Shown here in pieces: positions 12,507 to 23,443 of a stretch of 64,000 nucleotides of DNA. The stretch is taken from NCBI GenBank assembly GCA_964247055.1, contig OZ176056.1:3162001-3226000 (forward strand). The letters are read 5' to 3'. Numbering within the stretch: position 1 is the stretch's first letter; every line of letters starts with the position of its first letter. The translations under genes were made by a program, and so were the position numbers. The DNA is from Paragordius varius (lineage: Eukaryota > Animalia > Nematomorpha). The notes under the pieces were generated by a model. The model ran no database searches and was not told the DNA's origin. It was given only the letters and a program-made list of their open reading frames with translations.

Positions 12507-15500
12507 ATTTATAGTTCAAAATCACCCTTAAATAATTTAAATTGACTCACGAACAATTCAATTTCACCCTAAAATAATTTGTGTTTTTTAAAATTAAAAA
12601 TTACCTTTATTTGATAATATATTTAATAAATATGAAATTCTATTTAAAATTAAAACAATACTGAAAAAATAATAAACTATGTCCTAAAAATATATTTCAT
12701 ATTAATGATGATGGTATATTATACCGAAAACACAAAACTTTTTTTAGGGTGAATTTGAATTGTTCAAGGATGAATATGTATTTAAGGGTGAATTTGAATT
12801 GTAAATGGTTAATAAATATTATATAGTTCAAACAAAAGTGCATGTTTAAAGGATTTACCCTTACGACCCTATTTTCCCCCAATCCATTTACCTGGGGACG
12901 AGATAGATGATATACTGTGTCAAAGGCCTTTAGAACCCCAAGCTACAACATTATTTAGCGTAAAAACTTATATGCACCTTCTTTTTATTCTAAAAAAATT
13001 TTGATTTTATTGAATATATATAAAAAAAATATAGATAATTATTGTATATAAAATGCTTTAGTTTAGTATATTTCATAGAATTATTCAGTAATCCAGTTTC
13101 TATCAATAAACTAAATTATGGAGTATATAAATCAGATACCACTTTGATTGCTCTCAAGAAGAGTTGAATAAAATAGGGGTTTTATACGCGGAAACAATAT
13201 GTAGTTATTATAATAATATAAGCGACTTTTATTAGATATATTAAACAAACTTTGTCTAGTGCCAATTTGATCTTTTCTTTACCCTATGCTAGGGTTATCG
13301 CTTAAAACTTTTATAAAAGTTTTTAATATTGTTGCAATTATTTTTTATCGAAAAAAACTGTTTTTATTTTAAATTACCAGCATGAGTTAAACATTAACGG
13401 GAATATTAAAATACTATTAAATTTGATACATGTATATATGTATGATATATAAATTTAATTTTACAAAATTGAAACCGGATTAAATAACATAAATCCAGAC
13501 ACCTAAAAACTTTCCGTAAAAAATTGTAAATTATTTGATTTATAGTTCTTTTATCTTTTTTACGTACTAATATATACCATTTACATTTCGAATTCACCCT
13601 TGAACAATTCAAATTCACCCTAAAAATAAATTATGTGTTTTCGAACTAGTATAACTTATATTTATATAAAATATATCGTTATGGCATAATTTATTATTGT
13701 TCCAGTATTATTTTAATTTAAAACAAAAAATTTTCTAAAAAAATATATTAAAATATAAGTAATTTTAATTTTAAAAAAATATGTTATTATTTGAGGGTGA
13801 ATTTGAATTGTTCAAGGGTTAATTTGAATTGTAAATGGTATATATATATATAAAAATTTGTGTTGTATAAAATTTTTTTTAACTAAAATATTATATATAT
13901 CAGCTTTTTGCGCCATTTTTGGTTTTTAACATTTTTCCTGTTTTTCCTACAGGTCCCCTTTTTTCACTATTTGTTATTTTTTTCCTAAATCCCTAAATTA
14001 TATACCATATTTTACAAAAAATTAAATTTTATTTAACTGCTATTCAAATTACCATTTGCAGTTTACGCTAAAAATTAGGTGTATGTGTTTTAAGATTAAA
14101 AATTACTAATAGTTTTTTATATTTTTATAAAAAGATATAATTTGTTTAAAATTTAAATAATTCTGAAAAAATAATAGAACTATGCCCCATTAAGATAAAT
14201 TTCATATTAATGAGTTATATTACTGCTAATTTATTTTTAGGGCTAATTGAATTGTTTGAGGGTAAATTTAAATTGTTTGAGGGTTTGAATTGTTCGAGGG
14301 TAAGTTCAAATTCTTCGAGGGTGAATTTAAATTGTTCGAGGGGGAATTTGAATTGTTCAGGGGTGAATTTGAATTGTAAATGGTATATTATAAAATATTT
14401 TTTTGCATATTACCCTTGGCTTTTATAGGTGTCAAATTGTACCAATTTATACTGTTTGGGAACTAATAATAGCATATATTTCCAAGCAACTATGGCCACG
14501 TGGAATGGCGTTCCCTGTAGAATTATTAAACGTTCACGTAATAATCAACACCATTTAACTCCCAACTTTGAGAAAAGGGTAAATTTTTAATATTTTTTAT
14601 AAAATTTGAGAAATTATATATAAAATGTACTAACTAATAATAAAAAGAGAAAATATTTTTTTACTATAATCATACCCTTCTAAATGTTTATTAATTTAAT
14701 ATATATATCGATATAAACTTATTATCGATTTAATTTGCGAAATGGTACTTAATTATATAATTAAAAATTGTGATTTTATAGTTTGTGTCAGGAAAAATCA
14801 AGGTTATGGCGGCTGTTTTTAAGGCAAAAAAATATATTTGTCTTTTCTTATTTTTACGTTTTGTGTTTCTCCTTGTAGATACAATTTGCGCTTTGATTTA
14901 CAATATGAATAAGGATATATTGCAAGAAAGTTATTAATTATTTCCAAATAGCTCATAGCATTATTATTGGCTAATAATAGTAAAAAGTGTGAAAAAATAA
15001 CTATAAGTCAATATGCTATTTGGCAATACTTAATAACTTTCTAGCAATGTATACATCTTACTCATAATGTAATATCCCATTAATTTTATAATGAATAATT
15101 TTAATTTTTTCTATACACGCACGCCATTTTTAAAATTTTTGGCTTTTTAGGTATGTTTTAATGGTGAATGCAGGATTCGCCAAGATGTAATCTTAGAATT
15201 GGGAATAGGTTGGGCGTCCTGGTCCCGTTGGAGTCCTTGTAATAAAGGGAGACGGTTTAGGGAACGAGAATGTCAATCTATGCAGTATGTAATAACTTTT
15301 ATATAGATATTTGGATTTTTTTCCATTCACAAATTGTGCATTTTATAAAACTTATTGACTGATTTCAACAATTTATCTAGAACACTTTCTTAAATTTGAT
15401 CATTATAAACTTTTTTATGAGATAACTAATCATCAAATACCTATAAACAGTTGAGAACCACAACGCAATGGTGGCTGATTTTTTTGGGATATCTCTTTTT

Positions 15501-17988
15501 TAGGTTTTAAATAGCTTTTATGGTTGTGTTTGGTTGTTTTTCACTTCAAAATTGATCCGTAGTCTTATTTCCATTCTGTAAAGAAATGATTATTATTTGG
15601 CGCTTATAATATTTTTGTCTCGTTATAGCTTTTCTCATGGTAGATGAGTTAATTGATCAGTTTGTTTTTTTTTAAAACTCTAACCCATTGTTGTCTGATT
15701 CCGTTGTAATACGAAATAAGTCCAATTCAGTGTAATTTTTTACCACCTCACCGTTTTAAATCTAATTTGTTTTTACCATTTCCCGTTCGCTTTAAGATCG
15801 ACAGGAAATCGGGGCTTCAAGGACTTTGGTTTTTGCGTGGTGTGATATCCCTAGAAGTTAAGTTGTGATGGGGTTTTCCTCGATAAACCTAATTCATGTT
15901 TAATTTTTTATAAGGCTTTTTAGTCCAACATTCTTACATGTAATAGTAGATTTGAAATAAACTTCTCACGAAACGTCGGTTCCTAAAAAGCCATTTTAAT
16001 TAACAACGGATCTTTTAAATTATTTAATATCGCTTTTTTAACAATCTTATGTCTTTGTTAGATTCAAACCACATTTATTATTTAACCTACCTTTTCTAAA
16101 CGGCTTAAAACGTTATTTAATAATAAAAGTATTGCATAGTCTACCCAAGTTTCCGCTGGCAGATCTTAACGACTTGTAATGATTGGTTTTATGCCTTATA
16201 ACTCCTACAGCTGAAATTAAATAATGATATTGATACTCGATTTATCATACAAAATGTTATATAATCATTAAAAGACGGGGTAAATCAATCTAGGGGTCCT
16301 TTTATCAACGGTTATGGCTGAAACTCATTTTATAATCTAATTTGTAATAAAACATGAACACTAAATTACATTTTGAAAAAAGGTTTTCTTTTCAGATGTC
16401 GTGTAAGACCAAATAATTATGACACTCTTGCAAAGAGCTGTATTTGTTTATGTACTTACTGGTAAATGATAAAAAGAAACCGATGCAAGTAAGAACTTAA
16501 ATATTTTAAACCGGTTGGATAAGGATACTATATGTTAGGTCCGAACCATTTGTGAGTTACCCTCTGAGTTTGAAATGTCTAATAGAGGTATAGTTTGTCA
16601 ATAAAAGAATGCGCAATCTTAACATTGGATTTTTTTTAATTTTACGAATACGGCAAATGTGACTGAGTTGTTTAGAATTAGTCGCGGGGTTTATGAAGAA
16701 TCATTAACTTTGAGGCAATTTTTTCCCAGCGGGGTTCAATATTGGCGAATGCGCACCGAGATTGAAAAATATATTTTATGAATCCAACTGAGATTTTTGT
16801 AAGAGCATTTTTTCGTTAACGTGTAGGCCTATTTAACTTTACAAATAGATTTTTTATGATGTATCAAATCTGATTCCGACATTTTTTGAGTCGTCGTTAA
16901 CTTCCGTCTTGAAAAATATTGGATTTGAAACAATCTTTCAAAAAAGTGTATGATTTAAATAAAAATGGCAAATAATTTATCCATTTACAAATGTGACCGA
17001 GCCAAGTTTTTGCTATTTAACTGCGCTCTCAAAAATAGGTTTTTTGCAAAAAAATTGAAACAATTTTTCGATAAACATATCTATTTCTAAAATTAAGTAT
17101 ATTTCTAGCGTACGGTGAGTGTTTGTAAAATGCATCTTAAAATAAATTGTATAAGACCCATTTTTGGGATTCCCATAATACCATTCATATACATTCCCTA
17201 TATTAATCTTGATCGGAAGTTATTATTTTATAACTCTTGTATTGGTTTTAGCTAATATGTAAATAAATATAGCGCAAAATAAAATTTTTGCCCAATCAAT
17301 TTTAACTTAAATAAATTGTTGAATATGAATAACTTTAACTTGAAAAAGGGACGACAGTTTTATTATAATCAATGTCACAATAATATGTAATGTGAAACCA
17401 CCCCGTAAAACAGTGGTTCCCAAAAGGGGATCTAGAAAAATTTAAAGGGGGGGGCGCGAAAAATTTGGAGAATTTAATGAAAAAATAAAACTAGAAACAA
17501 ATTGAAAGATTTCGGGTGCCAATCATCAAGATTTATTACCGCTATGGAAAAAATATTTTAAATAATGCAGGGATCTAATTGATTAGGATTTTCACATTTT
17601 TATATTGGATTTTTTGAGAGGGGGCGCAAGAATTTTTATTTTCAATTTAGTGGAGCCAAAAAAAGTGGGAACCACTGCCGTAAAGTGATAGTTAAAAACA
17701 TTCTTTTTAGTAAAAAATCTTATCAGCTTCTATTAATTTTCTTAAATTTTTACTTATTTATATTATGCCGATAATCATCGTTTGAATAAATATAAGTCTG
17801 ACACGGCCGCTAGTAATATTAAATTTTTTTAATAAAATCATTTTATTTTAATGTTTGTAAAAAGAAATTTTTCCAAATTCTGAAAATCAAAATTATATTT
17901 AAAGCGATACGGAATTTTCAATTATTTTTATTTGTGTTTTAGATTTGAATATTGCACAGGTGAATTTGTTACCTCGATTGGATGTTAA
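4934..17988 (+). CDS. Secreted ADAMTS-type (M12B/reprolysin) zinc metalloprotease with a single TSP1 repeat, 12 exons, ~567 aa
   Basis: Phase-consistent exons: 4934-5410, 7918-8077, 8606-8757, 8988-9062, 9201-9304, 10104-10135, 11128-11233, 11946-12080, 12827-12959, 14429-14578, 15151-15284, 17943-17988 (1704 nt). Signal-peptide-like N-terminus, prodomain, furin site RNRR, YYIETSI strand, zinc motif HELGHLFGCAHD, Met-turn GLMHY, SACLKDLP..LPGDE linker, disintegrin-like CTNLYC..VCFNGEC, TSP1 GWASWSRWSPC..RFRERECQS..YCTGEFVTSIGC-stop. The last exon is the least certain. Confidence 0.85.
5608..5891. mobile_element. 21-bp-array MITE
   Basis: Family core and right-end array ending AAATGGTA; left end degenerate. 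Confidence 0.85.
5990..7460 (-). pseudogene. Possible heavily decayed non-LTR retrotransposon fragment, interrupted by a MITE
   Basis: Minus-strand translation with stops and frameshifts gives weak LINE-ORF2-like pieces (NHIEDINTAV..WNDII; KHW.K..IVMIR). Recognised by eye only. Confidence 0.3.
6473..7048. mobile_element. piggyBac-like MITE, copy 2
   Basis: Same termini, TTAA flanks and interior as 1040-1617. Confidence 0.85.
8291..8522. mobile_element. 21-bp-array MITE (reverse orientation)
   Basis: TA|TACCATTTAC..GTAAATGGTA|TA with family core. Confidence 0.9.
10430..10706. mobile_element. 21-bp-array MITE
   Basis: Family core and arrays; termini slightly degenerate. Confidence 0.85.
10808..11084. 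mobile_element. CAGTAAAAA-family MITE
   Basis: Same TIR; interior matches 48368-48638 in reverse orientation. Confidence 0.85.
11368..11609. mobile_element. 21-bp-array MITE
   Basis: TA|TACCATTTAC..GTAAATGGTA|TA; abuts a CAGTA MITE at 11617. Confidence 0.9.
11617..11875. mobile_element. CAGTAAAAA-family MITE (diverged)
   Basis: TA|CAGTAAAA start, ACGGACAAAACGTAAAA, and reciprocal TTTTACGTTTTATCCGTATAATTTCA. Confidence 0.75.
12503..12810. mobile_element. 21-bp-array MITE at the end of a (TA)n tract
   Basis: Family termini and core; left flank is (TA)n at ~12450-12502. Confidence 0.9.
13575..13840. mobile_element. 21-bp-array MITE
   Basis: TA|TACCATTTAC..GTAAATGGTA|TA with family core. Confidence 0.9.
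14050..14385. mobile_element. 21-bp-array MITE with ~7 units at the right end
   Basis: Left end almost lacks units; right end (14240-14385) is a long AGGGTGAATTTGAATTGTTC array. Confidence 0.85.
14901..15069. mobile_element. TA-flanked MITE, CAGTATGAGTAAG family
   Basis: Inverted termini CAATATGAATAAGGATATATTGCAAGAAAG / CTTTCTAGCAATGTATACATCTTACTCATAATG; shares interior (ATTATTATTGGCTAATAA..GTAAAAAGTGT) with 42795-42964. Confidence 0.75.
17411..17677. mobile_element. hAT (Buster/Charlie-like) MITE
   Basis: TIR CAGTGGTTCCCA / TGGGAACCACTG; 8-bp TSD CCGTAAAA / CCGTAAAG with central TA. Confidence 0.92.
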
Positions 17989-18181
17989 AAGACAGTAACA
18001 ATTCAAATATTATCACATTACATTAGCAATTACCTTGTAAAAAGACATATATGTACCATCAAATAAATTTGGATAAATGTAACACAATGCCACTTAATTT
18101 AAGGACATTCATCAAAAAAAATTTGAATTATCTTGTTTATTCGTAGTAATTTTCCGTTTAAACTGTTTGCCAGTAATCGAA

Positions 18182-18493
18182 ATGTTTCAAATAAAACACC
18201 ACCTTACATTGATAACAATCATTGGGCTTGCAATTATTATTCCTTTACAAATTTCAACTAACCATGCATTATTCATTAGTCCAATATTGAAGCAATCTTT
18301 TAACGACAAAAATAAAAATAATCAAACTTTGAAGGCATTTAACCCAGTTAGCAATCCAAAATTTTATCAATTTTTGTATTTGATTGCAAAAAATGAAACA
18401 TCATCCATTAGTACAAGACGAGGTTTTCCATTCGATTATGGGTATCAACTAACAGGAAAAGGCAATATTGTCAAATTTTCCAAGCCATTTTAA
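18182..18493 (+). CDS. Small putative secreted protein / candidate neuropeptide precursor (103 aa)
   Basis: Uninterrupted ORF from ATG 18182. Hydrophobic N-terminus (LTLITIIGLAIIIPL) ends in a small-residue site (NHA|L); a dibasic RR precedes GFPFDYGYQLTGKGNIVKFSKPF. No homologue recognised; could instead be an alternative terminal exon of the upstream protease. Confidence 0.5.
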   Translation: MFQIKHHLTLITIIGLAIIIPLQISTNHALFISPILKQSFNDKNKNNQTLKAFNPVSNPKFYQFLYLIAKNETSSISTRRGFPFDYGYQLTGKGNIVKFSKPF

Positions 18494-19289
18494 ACTTTTT
18501 TTTAATGGTTTATAAAGCTTAAATTTTACCTTACTAGTCATAACTAAAACCTTTATAGCAAAATTGTTTTATTATCGCTGTATTTATAGTAGATTAATTT
18601 GCATTGTAATGTGTTTTTACAATATGAATAAATGATTTTTTTACTTCCTTGTCAAATTAAGCCTGCAGTTTGCGGTATATGCCATAAAATCTAAAGGTTA
18701 TGATAAAAGTTTGCGGTTATGTAAAATATTTTTTGAAAAAATAAAAACTAGTTTTTTGGAAATTATTTTTTATTTAAATCACTTAATTTAAGGGATAATA
18801 TACCCTAGATGTATATCTGTTTAACATCTAATTATATTTTTCACCTATATTAGTTAAAAAAACCGGGGTTTAAATTAGGATTCTACTTGTAAATGTAATT
18901 AGATTTACCATTAATGTTTTAAACGCCATGTCTAGAATATTATCAAATTATAGGTTAACCTTTTTTTAACCATAAAAAATGTTAATTTTTGTAGAATTTA
19001 TTTTTTAGTATAAAACCCCAAATATGTATTGTAATGGAATAATTGTCGTAAAAAGGTTTTGGATATTGTTTTTGTGTTATAACAGTAGACTTGATTTCAT
19101 GAAGATGGAGCATTTTTTATTTTACAAAACTAATAAACTAATTCTTATGGTCATCATACTATTTAATTAATAAAGTCCTCATTTTAGAAGGTACCTTTCG
19201 ACAAACTACTAAGATGTGGGGTTTTTTAAGCCTTCATATTTAGCAAATATAAGAATTATTGTTATCTTTTATCAATACTAATAGAAATA

Positions 19290-19561
19290 TACCATTTACA
19301 GTTCAAAATCACCCTTGAACAATTCAAATTCACCCTAAAATAAATTTTTTTTAAATTAAAAATTACCCATATTTATAAAAAATAAAATTGTCTAAAATTA
19401 ATATAATACTGAAAAAATAATAAACTATGCCATAAGAATATATTTTATATTAATGATAAGTTATATTAGCCCGAAAACACTTAATTTATTTTTAGGGTGA
19501 ATTCGAATTGTTAGAGTGTGAATTCGAATTGTTCAAGGGTGAATTTGGATTGTAAATGGTA
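19290..19561. mobile_element. 21-bp-array MITE
   Basis: TA|TACCATTTAC..GTAAATGGTA|TA with family core. Confidence 0.9.
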
Positions 19562-19954
19562 TATAATTGCAATTCTAAACAATATAAAAATAAATCAAAA
19601 GAGTAATTTTATTTTATATATCAAAAAACATGCTCGTTTCAAAACCATGTTTTCCCTCACTTATGTCATGATAGGGTAGTGTCCGCTTTATAACTGTTTT
19701 AGTAGAAAAGACTTATGAAAGCATAATTTGTTGGACAAAGTTTTTTTTTGTTTTTTACGATCCAGACAGTGAAAAAAATAGCTGTTTTTAGGGTTGAAAT
19801 TATGAGACATTCACAGTTATGGTGTATTACCCCAACGCCCTAATCACTTTTAACATATTGTACATAAAGGTTAACAAGCTCTTGATATACGATTCCCAAA
19901 TATTACAGTTTATGGTGTTAAAGGTAAGAAGTACAGTCAAATTATGTCTAAAAG

Positions 19955-20250
19955 CAGGGGTGTCCAACACAAGGCCCGCGGGACGCATGCAGGCCTCTGA
20001 AATTTTATGTGTAACCCGCGAAAATTTTGGAACACCCATAATTTGCCAAAATATTCTCACAAATATTATTATTGATATTTCGCAAACAATGTTTCTAAAT
20101 AAGTCTACCTAATTGGCAAGAATTAGAAATAATTGTTGAATTTTGTTTGCATTTTACAGTTTAATGTTTGAAATCCAATAAATTATTATTTATCAAGGTC
20201 CAAATAAATTTCGAATGTGGCCTACGATTCCATTTTTGTTGGTGTCCTCT
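19955..20250. mobile_element. Degenerate hAT-like MITE (CAGGGGTGTCCAAC end)
   Basis: Clear left end CAGGGGTGTCCAACACAAGGCCCGCGGG; right end degenerate (GGCCTACG..TGTTGGTGTCCTCT); no clean TSD. Confidence 0.5.
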
Positions 20251-20676
20251 CTTAAAAAATGTTATACCAGAGTAATTTATATCGTAGAGTTTTGAATTAA
20301 TATAAATACTGCAAGGATTTAGAATTTCATTATTGTTAATTATTTGTATACCTAATATGACTATGTGGGTTGGTTAAAAAAAGTTATTTTCATGTGTGAA
20401 GATTATTCTTTAGTTTTGACCAATATAAATACATAGACAATAGGAATACAACTGATTAGATAAAAATACAAATTGTTAAAAGAACAAGAGAAAATAGAAA
20501 ACTCATAGGTAAAGTTGATCAAAAATCACACAAGAAAGTTAAAAAGTTAAATAATTGGTTGACATGGCAACTATATTTAATATATCATTAAATTATTTAT
20601 TCAACTTGATATAATTTTTAGCATCCCAATCAAACTCAATTTTATGTGTATATTTTGTATTAAGGAATTCGAGTTG

Positions 20677-20718
<42 letters not shown>

Positions 20719-21058
20719 TATGAGATAATTTCGATATAACAAATCAATTTTTTAGATGTGTGCAATATTGTTTCAATATATATGTAAATATTATATATAT
20801 AAAATAAAAAGATAATTAACTTATTTTATTTCGCTAGAATTGGTTAAAATTGTTTAGTATAGTTATATTAATTAGATATGCACGCGTGTATCGATACCAA
20901 TTTAAAAAATATTGGGGACAAATTTTTTAGTGTATACGTCAAACATGCTTAGTTAAATGATTATTTAGGCGTCTTCTTAGCTTCCAATCGTTAAAATGTA
21001 AATCTTTCCACACTAAATTACAAAAATAATTATGACGTAAAAACCTTGAAACATTAAA

Positions 21059-21772
21059 CTAAGAAGATGATGCCGATATACAAGGACAACAACATAAGAA
21101 GGAATGAAAACAGGCTTGGAGAGAGGAATGCAACAAAGGTGAATTGAGGCGGCCATTACTGTGGGGCGTTGAACCGTTTGATGGGTGAGCAGACGATCTA
21201 TTACTCAATGATGACGTGTGACGTGACCAAAACCCGGTGCGTTTCTTCTTTTTCTCATCTTGCGTATTTGGTTCGGGTAAAGTTTCTCGCACTACTAAAT
21301 GCATCACAGACGTTTTTCCCAAAGGCAAGAGCAGGGCCCCCAAAATCACATTACCGTGCAAAAATCTGCCCTGGTATATTAATTTTAAAAATTTAGCACT
21401 ATTAACACCTTCAAGTTTCCGAGCCGCATCCCATTCTTGATAGACATGTTCCGTGACATAATTTGCCGTATGAATCGGAGAAAATAAAAAATCTCGTTTG
21501 TTTCCATCTATAAGAATGAGCCGAAGATTAATTAGGTTATTTGGAATGGGAGTAGGTTTATTAAAACTGGTATTATTGCAGTCATTATCGTCAATAACTT
21601 CTTGATGCAAAATTTGCGGTATATTTTTAATGCTTTCGTCAGTTTTAATTTCGGTTCTAGAGCTCTTTTTTCTTTTGCTCTGTGAACCTCGAGAATTTTG
21701 CGAAGATGCACATGAAGATGATTTTGAATCTCTGGAATTCACAACATCATTAGTGTTTATATCAGTATTCAT
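21059..21772 (-). CDS. UBL3: Ubiquitin-like protein 3 (membrane-anchored ubiquitin-fold protein) with N- and C-terminal extensions, intronless, 237 aa
   Basis: INLRLILIDG..RDFLFSP and LKLIYQGRFLHGNVILGALLLPLGKTSVMHLVVRETLPEPN are near-identical to the UBL3 core; Cys-rich tail CCCPCISASSS. Confidence 0.95.
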   Translation of the reverse strand: MNTDINTNDVVNSRDSKSSSCASSQNSRGSQSKRKKSSRTEIKTDESIKNIPQILHQEVIDDNDCNNTSFNKPTPIPNNLINLRLILIDGNKRDFLFSPIHTANYVTEHVYQEWDAARKLEGVNSAKFLKLIYQGRFLHGNVILGALLLPLGKTSVMHLVVRETLPEPNTQDEKKKKRTGFWSRHTSSLSNRSSAHPSNGSTPHSNGRLNSPLLHSSLQACFHSFLCCCPCISASSS

Positions 21773-23443
21773 TTAGACAATTCGAAACATTAATTATTGG
21801 AATTGCCAATCGGTTCCAAACAATGATTGGCGATAATCATATGAAATTATGTTATAATGAAAAATACTATGATGAAACTGAAATTACGAATGAGGTAAAT
21901 AATTTTACAAAAATAAAAACCAATATTTATATACTCAAATGCAATATAAACTAATATAAGTATTTTGTTATTTGATATATTGTATATTACCTTCCTTATT
22001 AAAATTATAAAAATAATCATGGTTATTTAAAAAAATATATTTTTACACATGGATTATTTTTATTATTTCAAAATTTTTTGTTATATTGGTAATTTAAAAC
22101 ACCTAAAAATGTTTTATAAGACAAAAAGAGAGCTAGCTATAATAAATTTAACATAAATGTCAGGACATACAAATTATAAATATTCCAAATTGAAATTTAT
22201 TAAATTTTCTATAATTTTTTCATTTTATTTCCAACATAATTTTTTAAATTTTTTTCATCAAATATCAATTTTATATATTTTAACAGCAAAATGACTAACT
22301 AATATGTGCCGATTCCTCCAAGTTATAACTTATTTCATACACAGTGCTCTAAATCGATGGTATAATTCCGATAAAAATATGGAAAATATATTGGGATTCT
22401 CATGTTGTTATTTGTTTTGACCATTACCAGAAATTCACCAAAATTATTACGACTTTTGTGGTAATTAGCTATATCGAATGGCTAATTTGTGCACAATATG
22501 CTAAATAATTTTTGGTAAAAGCTAAATTTATTCCAAAAAATATAAAAAATGTATGATAGGAATCATATCAAATTTTAAGTGTGCTTCGAAACTGTTAATT
22601 GTTAATTTGGCAAATATTCTTAAATGAGATTGAGCAATAAAATTTTTATATGCTCAATGACAAAAAAGTTTTATACTGAAATGAATTTTCTTATAATAGT
22701 TTTTTCGTTTCCACCATGTTTTCAAAATACAAACTCGCTTGAATAATATTTTACTCTAAAATAAATTTTTATCAAAATAATCTAATCTTTCATAAAAACC
22801 TTTCTTTGGTGTCAAAATTTTACATATATTAAGGAATTTTTTTATTTTACAATAGGCATTTACGCGTTTAAGATATCCTCCCCATTTTAGAAAGTTTAAA
22901 AATGTAAAACTTTCCCACTATAAATTAATAATTAAATTGTTTGGCTTTTTAAACATTTTTTTATATTCATTAATTTTTCAGGAAATAGCCTATATCACCC
23001 TAAGAATAATTAACAAAATGTGAACAAATTTTTCTCTATTGCGGATCAGTTATCACAAAAGTGGTTTAAATTTCTTACTTTAAGGGCCAAATTTAAAAGC
23101 ACCATGAGATAATAATTGGGATACATTTTTCTTTCCGATATTGGTGAACACTGTACAAAATTATATAAATTGTTGTTAAACATTAACACTTATAAAAAAT
23201 CGAATAACTAAATCTTGCATGTACCTTTTACAGATTGTTATTATGCATAGATTAAAAGATATTGTATGAAATAGCAATAATATTTGGTGACAGATAATAA
23301 TTTTTATTACAGCCCGTTACTTAGAAATATAATTTGGCTTTATAGAAAATAAATTACAATAAAAAATCTCTATCAAATACATCGAGACTCGGTGTTTTAC
23401 CTTCTTTTTTATCGGTGCACGCAAAAATTATTTTGATATAAAC

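Noticed and set aside
14240-14385. Regular 21-bp repeats resembling a CRISPR array
   Set aside because: Units are contiguous with no unique spacers, form the TIRs of a MITE, and the DNA is eukaryotic with no cas genes.
12697-14428. ORFs 12697-12882, 13406-13618 and 14210-14428
   Set aside because: Translations of 21-bp-array MITE sequence.
15940-15985. CGAAACGTCGG motif suggesting a Penelope-associated hammerhead ribozyme
   Set aside because: The CUGA(U/A)GA core is absent (TTTGAAAT at that position) and surrounding RT-like translation is too decayed to support; at most an old Penelope-like remnant at ~15400-16250.
19819-20112. Overlapping ORFs on both strands
   Set aside because: They span a hAT MITE end; no domain signal or splice context.
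21169-21440. Two + strand ORFs over UBL3 (likewise short antisense ORFs over teneurin and MED16-like exons)
   Set aside because: Shadow ORFs of real coding sequence on the opposite strand.
22290-22430. LFHTQC/LNRW resembling a RING-H2 motif
   Set aside because: Needs a frameshift, has nearby stops and no compatible exon chain.
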